Virus record (IMG/VR): IMGVR_UViG_3300035670_000025
Source: a virus
Strand: one strand, 5' to 3'
Length of the DNA stretch: 64,000 bases
Of the stretch, positions 47,521 through 55,851 are shown piece after piece; the first letter of the stretch is position 1, and the number at the start of each line of letters is the position of its first letter. The position numbers and the translations under genes were made by a program. The notes under the pieces were generated by a model that was given only the letters and a program-made list of their open reading frames with translations, did no database searches and had not been told where the DNA came from.

Positions 47521-48216
47521 ATGGTTAGTGTACCAATCAATACTGGTGTTCAAGATGTCGGACTACGCAATTACTTTGTTAGTATTTACAACAATATGAC
47601 AATGGGTCTTATTTTCAGTGGTGGTATTGCATACTGGATGTCTACAAATCCTGCTCTTATGGCAACAATTTGGAAGACTCCACCATTAGCATATGCAGTA
47701 ATCTTTGCACCTCTTGTTCTATCACTAGGATTTATGTTTCTCATTGAAAGAATCTCTGCGGCAGCAGCACGAGTTTTCTTTTATGTTTTTGCTGCTGCTA
47801 TGGGGGTTAGTTTATCATCTATCTTTATGATTTATCAACTTGGTAGTATCTTTCAGGTATTCTTTATTACATCAGCAACTTTTCTTACAATGTCAGTATA
47901 TGGTTATACAACCAAAAAGGATTTGACATCATTGGGGTCATTTCTTATGATGGGTGTTATTGGTATCATTCTTGCAGGTATTGTAAATCTATTTCTACAA
48001 AGTTCAGCACTAGCATTTGCAATTAGTTGCATTTCTGTTATTGTATTTACTTTGCTTGTAGCATTTGATACTCAGCAATTGAAGGATACATATTATACAA
48101 CATATGGTGAGGAAAGAGAGAAGTTAGGTGTTGTTGGTGCTCTGAGTTTGTATATTAACTTTATTAATATCTTTATTAGTTTGTTACAATTGCTTGGTGA
48201 GAAAAATAGTGATTGA
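47521..48216 (+). CDS. Bax inhibitor-1/YccA membrane protein
   Basis: DVGLR.Y...YN.M, YGYTTKKDL, AFDTQ.LK, GALSLY.NFIN.F. Confidence 0.9.
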   Translation: MVSVPINTGVQDVGLRNYFVSIYNNMTMGLIFSGGIAYWMSTNPALMATIWKTPPLAYAVIFAPLVLSLGFMFLIERISAAAARVFFYVFAAAMGVSLSSIFMIYQLGSIFQVFFITSATFLTMSVYGYTTKKDLTSLGSFLMMGVIGIILAGIVNLFLQSSALAFAISCISVIVFTLLVAFDTQQLKDTYYTTYGEEREKLGVVGALSLYINFINIFISLLQLLGEKNSD

Positions 48217-48250
48217 CAAGAATTAGAAGGGTTGATATATATAATGAATT

Positions 48251-48325
48251 GCTCCATTAGTTTAGTGGTCAGAACACTGGGCTTTCAATCCGGTAGCGAG
48301 AGTTCGATTCTCTCATGGAGCGCCA
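48251..48325 (+). tRNA. tRNA-Glu(TTC)
   Basis: GCTCCAT/ATGGAGC, loop CTTTCAA, CCA. Confidence 0.9.
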
Positions 48326-48330
48326 AATAA

Positions 48331-48404
48331 GCAGAGTTGGCATATTGGTTGTGTCCCAGACTTCCAATCTGGCTAAATGAGTTCGATTCTCATACTCTGC
48401 TCCA
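48331..48404 (+). tRNA. tRNA-Gly(TCC)
   Basis: GCAGAGT/ACTCTGC, loop CTTCCAA, U73, CCA. Confidence 0.9.
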
Positions 48405-48499
48405 ACTAAATAAGTATAGTCTCGTGTACCATGAGTACAAGGAGCATTCGGTGTTGTTGATGGAACCTCGGCAACACCAGCATTAACAGAGGACCAATA

Positions 48500-48934
48500 A
48501 TGAAAAGTAATAAAAACATTGATTACTATTTGTCAGAAATGGTAAATGGTAATACAGTAGAAGTATTTGCCGAAAAACTATCATCTAATGATGATTTGAT
48601 TGAGAAATATGAATTTACATTCAAGATTAATCAATCAACATCTAAACAAGTATCTTTATACATTCCTGATTTGTATAAAATATTTGTGATTGTGCAAAAA
48701 TCATTGCTAGAATACATAAATGAAAATGTATTAAATAAAATAAATGATAACAAAATTGTACAATTGATGGTTGAAGCAGAAGGTAAAAATAAAACAGAAG
48801 TAGATTACAAAGATAAGTTATATGATTACCATTTCGACCGATTAGCAAGAAAATATACTGAAATGGATAATGATGTGTGTTGTGAACATACTAGAAATAA
48901 TTTATCACATTTTTTGACCTTCTCAAAGATTTGA
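48500..48934 (+). CDS. Hypothetical protein
   Basis: GAGG RBS. Confidence 0.6.
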   Translation: MKSNKNIDYYLSEMVNGNTVEVFAEKLSSNDDLIEKYEFTFKINQSTSKQVSLYIPDLYKIFVIVQKSLLEYINENVLNKINDNKIVQLMVEAEGKNKTEVDYKDKLYDYHFDRLARKYTEMDNDVCCEHTRNNLSHFLTFSKI

Positions 48935-48998
48935 TTCTTTGGGAAGGCATTTTTTTATATAAATATATGAACAAGCATTTTTAACAAAGGAGAATACA

Positions 48999-49232
48999 AT
49001 GTTACAAGGATATAAAACATATGTAGCAGCAGCATTGGTTGCAGCATTTGGTATTTTAGCACAGACAAATTGGGTAGAATTTCTCAACAATCCACAAGCA
49101 GGTCTTGTTGCATTAGGTTCAGCAATTCTTTTTGCTGTTCTTAGAGCAATTACAACAACTCCTGGTGCTATTCAAGTAGTAGTTAATAAACCAGAACAAA
49201 AAGTTGTTGAGAATAATACAGAGCAAAAATAA
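48999..49232 (+). CDS. Holin-like two-TM protein
   Basis: GYKTY..TM..TM..LRAITTTP; late promoter TATAAATA at 48958. Confidence 0.6.
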   Translation: MLQGYKTYVAAALVAAFGILAQTNWVEFLNNPQAGLVALGSAILFAVLRAITTTPGAIQVVVNKPEQKVVENNTEQK

Positions 49233-49465
49233 TGTTTGCTTCAATTACAGGATCAATCGTTTCTGCGGTTTCCTATTTTTTTAAATTTCTAAGTGGAATA
49301 ACTGAATATTTCAGAACAAAGTCTGCTGTTGATTCTGGTAAAGTTCAACAGCAGGCAGATAATATAGTTGCAAATCAAAAAATACAAGATGAACAAAATC
49401 AAATATTAATTCAAGATAGACCAAAAACTGAAGTTATAGATAAATTAGAAAAAGGTACATTTTAA
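49232..49465 (+). CDS. Possible inner-spanin-like protein
   Basis: Hydrophobic N-term plus helical tail between holin-like and lipoprotein genes. Confidence 0.35.
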   Translation: MFASITGSIVSAVSYFFKFLSGITEYFRTKSAVDSGKVQQQADNIVANQKIQDEQNQILIQDRPKTEVIDKLEKGTF

Positions 49466-49723
49466 ATGAAAAAACTATTATCTATATCTATTTTATCACT
49501 AATGTTAACAGGTTGTGCTAGTGTTACTAAAGAAAGAATTACTATTGCCTTAAATCGTTGTCCTGCGCTCAAACAATATACAAAAGAACAAATGATTCAA
49601 GCAGCAAATGAATTGAGATCTTTGCCTTCAGAATCACAAGTTGCATCAATGTTTTCAGATTATAGTAAATTAAGAGATGCTTGTAGAGTAGCAGAAAGAA
49701 AATTAAAAGAATTAAATAAGTAG
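49466..49723 (+). CDS. Lipoprotein, possible outer spanin
   Basis: LTGC lipobox; CP.L..Y...DY..LRDACR. Confidence 0.5.
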   Translation: MKKLLSISILSLMLTGCASVTKERITIALNRCPALKQYTKEQMIQAANELRSLPSESQVASMFSDYSKLRDACRVAERKLKELNK

Positions 49724-49731
49724 GAGATACA

Positions 49732-49896
49732 ATGAAAGTTCAAGATTTGCTAGATAAAGTTGGTGAAGCAGAAGTTGGATTGTGGGATATGCCACGATAC
49801 AAAATTATAATTCAAGATTCAAATCGTAAAACCGTTAATGTTGAAAACATTAAAGTTGATTCTGAAAAAGAAACTATCACTATACGACTTAAATAG
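49732..49896 (+). CDS. Hypothetical protein (54 aa)
   Basis: AGGAG RBS. Confidence 0.5.
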   Translation: MKVQDLLDKVGEAEVGLWDMPRYKIIIQDSNRKTVNVENIKVDSEKETITIRLK

Positions 49897-49899
49897 TGC

Positions 49900-49928
49900 T
49901 TGACATCACCCGAACACTATGCTACTTT
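49900..49928 (+). promoter_or_regulatory. sigma70-type early promoter
   Basis: TTGACA-N17-TACTTT with GC upstream of -10. Confidence 0.6.
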
Positions 49929-49970
49929 GTGGATGCTCAATGAAGAGCATGTAAAACAAAGGAGAATAGT

Positions 49971-50213
49971 ATGACAGGTGTTGATCGTGTTTATAATGCT
50001 CTGCTCTCTGGTGAAGCACTGACTGCAAAGCAAATTACTGCTCGTTATGGTCTTGCTAATCCTCGTGATGCTGTATATTCTATTCGTCAGAATGGTTATG
50101 CTGTTGCTCTGGTAGAGCATGTAGATACTAAGGGACGAGTTAAGCGTAAGTATACTCTTGATTCTACTGTTCCTTCTGTCACTTCTTATACTGTCAAGGG
50201 GATTGGTGTTTAA
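49971..50213 (+). CDS. Winged-HTH DNA-binding protein
   Basis: G..LTAKQI..RYG.ANP...V..IR..GY. Confidence 0.75.
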   Translation: MTGVDRVYNALLSGEALTAKQITARYGLANPRDAVYSIRQNGYAVALVEHVDTKGRVKRKYTLDSTVPSVTSYTVKGIGV

Positions 50214-50247
50214 ACACCAATCTCTTTTTTTATTATGGAGAACGATA

Positions 50248-50568
50248 ATGCCTTTTGTACCACTTACTGCCGATACCGATATTGAATTGATTCTTAATGA
50301 ACTTTGGATGTTTAATCCAAATGCAAACGGATCATATGCAACCAAACTTAAAAACCATTTTGTTAAATTGCATAAAGAAGGTACAATTAGAATTATTACT
50401 GATAATCTGCTTGAGGAAAATCGTTGGGATGCAACTTTAAATATTGACATTAAAGATATGTCAGCATATGGTGTAATTAAGCAAGTTATACAACCTTTAA
50501 TGGAAAATGCAAGATTTGATACAGTTCGTATGCTAAACAATAATGTTGTTGAGTTCTGGTGGGATTGA
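50248..50568 (+). CDS. Hypothetical protein
   Basis: GGAG RBS; ends FWWD. Confidence 0.55.
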   Translation: MPFVPLTADTDIELILNELWMFNPNANGSYATKLKNHFVKLHKEGTIRIITDNLLEENRWDATLNIDIKDMSAYGVIKQVIQPLMENARFDTVRMLNNNVVEFWWD

Positions 50569-50586
50569 TATGCAACTATAATGTGC

Positions 50587-50615
50587 TTGACATCCCGATT
50601 TGCCTGTGCTATAGT
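50587..50615 (+). promoter_or_regulatory. sigma70-type early promoter
   Basis: TTGACA-N17-TATAGT. Confidence 0.75.
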
Positions 50616-50645
50616 ATGTGCATAATCAAACAAAGGAGAAATGTT

Positions 50646-51005
50646 ATGGACATCCATAACGGTCTTGACATTATTGATTCTCGTGATATCGTTCATCGAT
50701 ATAATGAGATTGTTGGTGATCCTGAGTTTCTTGATGAGGCAACTCGTCTTGAAAAACTAATCCGTCAAGGTGAAACATCATCTGAATGGGATGATGGAAT
50801 TCCAATGATTCATGAGGATTTCTTTGTAGAATATGTAAAAGATCTGATTGATGATTGTTGGGATATCGCAGCAGATATAAATAAGTTCAGTTCTCAGTGG
50901 CCTTATCGTCATCTTAAGATTGATTATGATGCTGCTGCTGAAGAACTGAGGAGTGATTATACCAACATTGACTTTGATGGTGTAACCTATTACATCAGGG
51001 CATAG
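50646..51005 (+). CDS. Acidic ArdA-like protein
   Basis: D/E-rich; C-term IDYDAAAEELRSDY...FDG.TY. Confidence 0.45.
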   Translation: MDIHNGLDIIDSRDIVHRYNEIVGDPEFLDEATRLEKLIRQGETSSEWDDGIPMIHEDFFVEYVKDLIDDCWDIAADINKFSSQWPYRHLKIDYDAAAEELRSDYTNIDFDGVTYYIRA

Positions 51006-51019
51006 TCCCTGATGACTTT

Positions 51020-51043
51020 TCTAGTGTAGCTCAATGGTAGAGC
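51020..51043 (+). pseudogene. Truncated tRNA 5' half
   Basis: TCTAGTG-TA-GCTC-AATGGTA-GAGC: acceptor strand plus complete D-arm, then breaks off. Confidence 0.7.
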
Positions 51044-51062
51044 TTTTACTTGATTGTAATGC

Positions 51063-51136
51063 TCTGGAGAGCCGAACAAGGTGGACGGGACTGTCTGTTA
51101 AACAGTATACGGTAGGTTCGATCCCTACCTCCAGAG
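51063..51136 (+). tRNA. Divergent tRNA-Asn(GTT), no encoded CCA
   Basis: TCTGGAG/CTCCAGA, ACTGT-CTGTTAA-ACAGT, GTAGG-TTCGATC-CCTAC. Confidence 0.8.
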
Positions 51137-51194
51137 CATTACAATCAAAGTTATATAAATACTTTCAGTTCGAGATAAATTGGGAGTATTTACT

Positions 51195-51713
51195 TTGAAT
51201 AAAGGTTCAGAACGAGTCATAAAATGGAGAAGACGCACCAAACATAAAATGGTTGAAGCTATGGGAGGTTGTTGTAAATTATGTGGATATGATAGATGTC
51301 AAGATGCAATGGATTTTCATCACATTGATCCAAATGAAAAAGAGTTTAGTTTTTCATCTGTCAGAGCATCACCCAAATCGTTATTATCATTAATTAATGA
51401 ACTAAAAAAGTGTGTTTTATTATGTTCACGATGTCATAGGGAAGTTCATGCCGGGATGGTTAAAGTTGAAATGCCATCTGTTTTGGATGAAAGCAAATTA
51501 ATAAGTGAAGTTGAATTAAAAAGAAAATTAAAACAACAATACACAGTTGTTACTCAAAAACAAGATAGACGAAAGATATTTTTGACTGATGAACAATTGT
51601 TAGAGTTGTTGAAAGAATATGATGGTAATAAATCTGCTCTTGCCAGATACCTAAATGTTAGTGAAACTGCTATTAGAAAAAAGTTGAGTTCAATCCCTAG
51701 ATCTATTTTTTAA
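51195..51713 (+). mobile_element. HNH endonuclease with C-terminal HTH (start approximate, TTG)
   Basis: GGCCKLCGY..DFHHIDP..K..ELKKCVLLCSRCHREVH; NKSALARYLNVSETAIRK. Confidence 0.85.
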
Positions 51714-51735
51714 TTTGTTTTATTCGGAGATTTAT

Positions 51736-52041
51736 ATGTTCAAACTTTTCACACCAATCATTGCTTGTGCAGCATTGTTTCTATCAATTGCTCCCGCCGA
51801 AGCACAACATAGAAGGCATGGTTATGGTGGGCATTATTGGAACCATCATTCGCATTATTATAGATCACATAGACCCTACAGGCATTATCGGAGAAATAAC
51901 ATTGCTCCGTATGTTGCTGGTGCTATTGGTGCTGCAATCATTGGTGGGATCATCTATGATCAATATGGTCGTAGGTGTTTTCGTGAAGTTGTGGGATATG
52001 ACCGATTTGGTGATCCTATAACAAGAAGAGTTTGTGAATAA
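51736..52041 (+). CDS. Secreted His/Arg/Tyr-rich protein
   Basis: Signal peptide, GAIGAAIIGG glycine zipper, two Cys. Confidence 0.65.
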   Translation: MFKLFTPIIACAALFLSIAPAEAQHRRHGYGGHYWNHHSHYYRSHRPYRHYRRNNIAPYVAGAIGAAIIGGIIYDQYGRRCFREVVGYDRFGDPITRRVCE

Positions 52042-52048
52042 ACAAATA

Positions 52049-52124
52049 GCACATGTAGCTCAATGGATAGAGCCACCGGTTTCTACCCGGTAGGTTGTGG
52101 GTTCGAGTCCTTCCATGTGCGCCA
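52049..52124 (+). tRNA. tRNA-Arg(TCT)
   Basis: GCACATG/CATGTGC, loop TTTCTAC, CCA. Confidence 0.9.
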
Positions 52125-52154
52125 ATTCAATTCTCTAAAATAGGATTATTTAAT

Positions 52155-52244
52155 ATGCCAAAAGAAACAGCATTTGGTCGATTTGTTGCTCTCGTTTTAT
52201 TGTTCGTAATTGTCATGAGCATGTCAGGACTTTTCTATTGGTAA
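52155..52244 (+). CDS. 29-aa TM micropeptide
   Basis: AGGA RBS; single hydrophobic helix. Confidence 0.4.
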   Translation: MPKETAFGRFVALVLLFVIVMSMSGLFYW

Positions 52245-52248
52245 ATTA

Positions 52249-52323
52249 AGGGAAATGGTGTAATGGTTAGCACAGAAGGCTTTGAACCTTCTGGTCTGGG
52301 TTCAAGTCCTGGTTTCCCTACCA
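52249..52323 (+). tRNA. tRNA-Gln(TTG)
   Basis: AGGGAAA/TTTCCCT, loop CTTTGAA, CCA. Confidence 0.88.
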
Positions 52324-52421
52324 CAAATAAATGTAAAAACAGAATTGCTAATTACAAATTATCCTATTGACAGAATATCTATTTTGTAGTATGATACCAA
52401 ATATAAACAAGGATATATAAT

Positions 52422-52676
52422 ATGCTTGAAAAGATTCTTGATGCTTTTTTTCTTACTATGTTTTTTTTAGTTACGGGTATCTTAATACTTATGTTGTTAG
52501 CAGGTTTTATTCAGGCTTATCATAGCATTGTTTACAAAGTTTATAAAGAAGCAAATGATAAATGTTATGTGATGCATGGTAGACTTTTGACAACTGATAG
52601 TAAGTATATCTGTTATGGTGCGCCTGTGAATGGTCAACCCGTAGTTTATTTTGAAATGAATAAGCCATACAAGTAG
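52422..52676 (+). CDS. Hypothetical membrane protein
   Basis: N-terminal TM; upstream promoter and RBS. Confidence 0.55.
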   Translation: MLEKILDAFFLTMFFLVTGILILMLLAGFIQAYHSIVYKVYKEANDKCYVMHGRLLTTDSKYICYGAPVNGQPVVYFEMNKPYK

Positions 52677-52709
52677 AATAAGTGGGTTCGATTCCCACAC
52701 GGGTTTCCA
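52636..52709 (+). ncRNA. tRNA-like element (acceptor stem + T-arm + CCA; no D or anticodon arm)
   Basis: AACCCGT/ACGGGTT, GTGGG-TTCGATT-CCCAC, T-CCA. Confidence 0.55.
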
Positions 52710-52869
52710 AAATATTACTTGACAAGGAATCAAAAATGTGGTATCTTGCTCATACTCGTGAATACAAGTTCATATCTTGTAACTCTTATGAACAAGCAGT
52801 GAATGAGTACTACAGACAATATCGTGATGATGATGGTTCACTCCCTTGGACCATTGAATATAAAGTTTA

Positions 52870-52946
52870 GGACCCTTAGCTCAATCGGTTAGAGCAACTG
52901 ACTTTTAATCAGTTGGTTCTCGGTTCAAGTCCGAGAGGGTTCTCCA
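52870..52946 (+). tRNA. tRNA-Lys(TTT)
   Basis: GGACCCT/AGGGTTC, loop CTTTTAA, CCA. Confidence 0.9.
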
Positions 52947-52968
52947 CTCTTTTTCTATGGAAAACAAT

Positions 52969-53148
52969 ATGAAAATCTTTGTTGTTATGTCTACTGTAGA
53001 CTATGAAACTTATCAAACTTTTGAAGGTGCTTTTACTACTAAAGAAAAAGCAGAAGAATTTGTAGACAAGATGTTTGGAAATGATACATATAAGAATAAA
53101 ATTGAAATTCAAGAAGTTGAACTAGATTCAATGAAACGACGGATGTAG
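52969..53148 (+). CDS. Small hypothetical phage protein
   Basis: MKIFVV...GAFTTKEKAE...EI.E.ELD. Confidence 0.6.
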   Translation: MKIFVVMSTVDYETYQTFEGAFTTKEKAEEFVDKMFGNDTYKNKIEIQEVELDSMKRRM

Positions 53149-53206
53149 CAATTGATGATAAATATATCGTAATCCCTACCAATTATCTTTTACGATGGAG
53201 ATAGAA

Positions 53207-53746
53207 ATGAATATTAAGTCATTGTTAATTGCCACAACCGTCTGTTTGTTTTCTACAGTAGCACTAGCACAATCTGCGTTTTTTTCAACCCAAAATAAAG
53301 GTTGGGAAGTTGTCGGATATCCGCAAAGAAACGAATTGCATCCGGTTTGTCGTGGTGAAAGAAACTATAATGATGGATCGCAGTTTGCTTTAATCAAAGA
53401 TTTGGCAGATGAAGAACTTTATATTGTTCTTATGAATGCAACTTGGAATATTTCTGATGCCCCTGGAAATTATACCGCAAGGATTAATTTCTATTCTGGA
53501 AATCGAGTAACAGGTTCACACATTCAATATGAACTCTTGAATAAAAATACAATTAGAATTAGAAATATAACTGCTGAGAAATTCCTGCCAGACTTTATGG
53601 GATTTTCTAGAATGGTTATTCTAATGCCAGGGACAATTCAAAATGCAGAAATCAATTTGAATGGTTCTACAGACTTGATTGCTATTATGTCTGACTGCAT
53701 TCGAGTATTTAAATTGGGTAAAGGAAAACCTGGAACAAACCTTTAA
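53207..53746 (+). CDS. Secreted hypothetical protein
   Basis: Signal peptide ending ALA; two Cys. Confidence 0.65.
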   Translation: MNIKSLLIATTVCLFSTVALAQSAFFSTQNKGWEVVGYPQRNELHPVCRGERNYNDGSQFALIKDLADEELYIVLMNATWNISDAPGNYTARINFYSGNRVTGSHIQYELLNKNTIRIRNITAEKFLPDFMGFSRMVILMPGTIQNAEINLNGSTDLIAIMSDCIRVFKLGKGKPGTNL

Positions 53747-53858
53747 TTAGTATTTATATAAAATCTAAAAAGAGGTATGCGTTAAAAGCATGCCTCTTTT
53801 GTTTTTGCAGTGCATCATTTTTTGATAAATACTTATGTTATTAACAGAGGAGATAAAG

Positions 53859-53996
53859 ATGTTTGAATTTTTCAGTGCGGTAATATTGCTTGTTTGGTTT
53901 TCCGCATATTTTTTTGTAACAACGAGTAAAAGTGAAGTTCTGAAACTAATTAAAGAATGTGAAAAGAAAACTGGACGCAAGGTTGAGTTTTACTAA
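53859..53996 (+). CDS. Small membrane protein (45 aa)
   Basis: GAGGAG RBS; TM helix. Confidence 0.45.
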   Translation: MFEFFSAVILLVWFSAYFFVTTSKSEVLKLIKECEKKTGRKVEFY

Positions 53997-54008
53997 CAAC
54001 ATATGTAC

Positions 54009-54037
54009 TTGACATCTCCTGAAAGGTATGCTATAGT
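54009..54037 (+). promoter_or_regulatory. sigma70-type early promoter
   Basis: TTGACA-N17-TATAGT. Confidence 0.75.
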
Positions 54038-54064
54038 AAGGCATAATGAACAAAGGAGATGTAG

Positions 54065-54352
54065 ATGCCTAGACCAAAGGGTTCTAAAAACAAACCCAAA
54101 ACTACTGCAACTACAACTGTAAAACGAACAAGAAAACCACGTGAAAAGAAAGTAGCAAATACACTGCATGTAGGTAAATCAACTTGGGTTCGTCCTACAC
54201 ATTATTACGCAATCATACATCAGGTTGGAAAAGAAATGAACTTTTTCACCTATACAGAAAAAGAATCAGGTGCATATGATTTGTGTAGTAAATTAAATGC
54301 AGAAACAAATAAAGGCAAATATGTAGTTCATAAACTTGCCTACAACAATTGA
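54065..54352 (+). CDS. Basic protein with AT-hook-like N-terminus
   Basis: MPRPKGSKNKPK. Confidence 0.6.
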   Translation: MPRPKGSKNKPKTTATTTVKRTRKPREKKVANTLHVGKSTWVRPTHYYAIIHQVGKEMNFFTYTEKESGAYDLCSKLNAETNKGKYVVHKLAYNN

Positions 54353-54407
54353 CAATCAGGTGCTTGCATGTTAAAGTGCAAGCACCTTTTGTTTATGGAG
54401 AATTAAA

Positions 54408-55253
54408 ATGAAAATATCATATGTGTCCGATCTCCATCTTGAGTTCTTAGACTGGCCTGATTTCTCTAATGAACCTGGTGGAGATGTTCTATTGCTGGCT
54501 GGTGATATTACTACGGCAGCAATGCTTAGACCACATAGAACAGATAAGGATGCTAGAAAGCATTCAAAGTATATGAAGAAGTTCAAGAAGGACTTGATTG
54601 ATAAGTATGATGCTGTTTATATGGTCATGGGAAATCATGAACATTATAACTCTATCTTTGGCAATACTAAGCAAGAACTGATTGATGGTTTTGCTAATCT
54701 TGAACTAACAAAGATTCGGATTCTTGATAATGATACAGTCAAGATTCACGATTGGACATTGGTTGGTGCTACTCTATGGACAGACTTCTTCAAAGGCAAT
54801 TCGTTTGCTATGTGGGATGTTGAAAGAAAGATGAACGATTATAAGTTGATTGGCAAAGAAGATGTCAAGGACATGAACTATTTCAATCGTACATCTAACA
54901 GGAAGATTGATGCTGAGTTTATTTTGAATCAGCATAATATCTCAAGGGCATACATTGAGGAAGTTATCAAAAATAATGATAAAGTGATTGTTATGACACA
55001 TCATGCACCAACACATCTATCATTGAACCAAGAACATTCTGGTAACAGTTTAGACTTTGCTTATTTCTCAAACTTATCGGATTTGATTTTGGACAATCCA
55101 TCTATCAAGTACTGGATTCATGGACACACTCATATGAATGTTGATTATGTTGTTGGTGATTCGGAGTGCCGAGTTTTATCAAATCAACGTGGTTATCATT
55201 TTGAGAAGTGTGCTTATAACTTCACTGGTTTGAGGGACATTGAATTGCCATGA
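54408..55253 (+). CDS. Calcineurin-like metallophosphoesterase
   Basis: SDLHLE, AGDI, GNHEHY, THHAP, HGHTH. Confidence 0.9.
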   Translation: MKISYVSDLHLEFLDWPDFSNEPGGDVLLLAGDITTAAMLRPHRTDKDARKHSKYMKKFKKDLIDKYDAVYMVMGNHEHYNSIFGNTKQELIDGFANLELTKIRILDNDTVKIHDWTLVGATLWTDFFKGNSFAMWDVERKMNDYKLIGKEDVKDMNYFNRTSNRKIDAEFILNQHNISRAYIEEVIKNNDKVIVMTHHAPTHLSLNQEHSGNSLDFAYFSNLSDLILDNPSIKYWIHGHTHMNVDYVVGDSECRVLSNQRGYHFEKCAYNFTGLRDIELP

Positions 55254-55438
55254 AAAGAGATTGGATACATAGAAGAACACAAGATAAGACAACATTTATG
55301 TTGAATGATTATGTTATATGTTCTGCTATTGAATTTAGTATTGACCAGTATATCTTTGGTTATGTCTACAAAGATAGAATTATTGAAAGAGGAACTCTTG
55401 TTCTTGCTATTGATAGGATAATGATAGATGTCAAATAA
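55250..55438 (+). CDS. Hypothetical protein ending in a degenerate array junction
   Basis: Coupled; 3' end ATTGATAGG...ATGTCAAATAA. Confidence 0.5.
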   Translation: MKRDWIHRRTQDKTTFMLNDYVICSAIEFSIDQYIFGYVYKDRIIERGTLVLAIDRIMIDVK

Positions 55439-55622
55439 AACAAAAGATACAATTGATAATGCCACTTATAATGCCACTTGGGATGCCACTTGGGATGTCA
55501 CTGATAATGACACTTTGAATGCCACTAGAACTGCCACAATTGCATCTTGGACTGCCACTGGAAATGTCACTTTTAATGATACTAAAGATGCTATCAGGCG
55601 AGAACTAGAACATGTCAAATAA
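55428..55622 (+). CDS. Tetrapeptide-repeat mini-protein, unit 1
   Basis: MSNKTKD...NATY NATW DATW...RELEHVK. Confidence 0.75.
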   Translation: MSNKTKDTIDNATYNATWDATWDVTDNDTLNATRTATIASWTATGNVTFNDTKDAIRRELEHVK

Positions 55623-55797
55623 AACAAAAGATGTCACTTATAATGTCACTTATAATGCCACTATAAATGCCATTGATAATGTCACTTATGATGCCACTTG
55701 GGATGCCACTTGGGATGTCACTGATAATGACACTTTGAATGCCACTTATAATGCTACTTGGGATGCTATTGAAATGGAATTGAAAAATATCTCTTGA
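55612..55797 (+). CDS. Tetrapeptide-repeat mini-protein, unit 2
   Basis: Same architecture. Confidence 0.75.
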   Translation: MSNKTKDVTYNVTYNATINAIDNVTYDATWDATWDVTDNDTLNATYNATWDAIEMELKNIS

Positions 55798-55822
55798 CTT
55801 CCATCCTTCCATATGCTATAGT
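55794..55822 (+). promoter_or_regulatory. sigma70-type promoter for DUF6745-like gene
   Basis: TTGACT-N17-TATAGT. Confidence 0.7.
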
Positions 55823-55851
55823 TACATCCTAATCAACAAAGGAACTGATCA

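Noticed and set aside
49917-50696. 259-aa minus-strand ORF and other minus-strand ORFs
   Set aside because: Antisense to well-supported + strand genes and promoters; no recognisable motifs.
53140-53150. CGGATGTAGC as a tRNA-Pro 5' remnant
   Set aside because: Only about 10 nt, with no D-arm or 3' partner.
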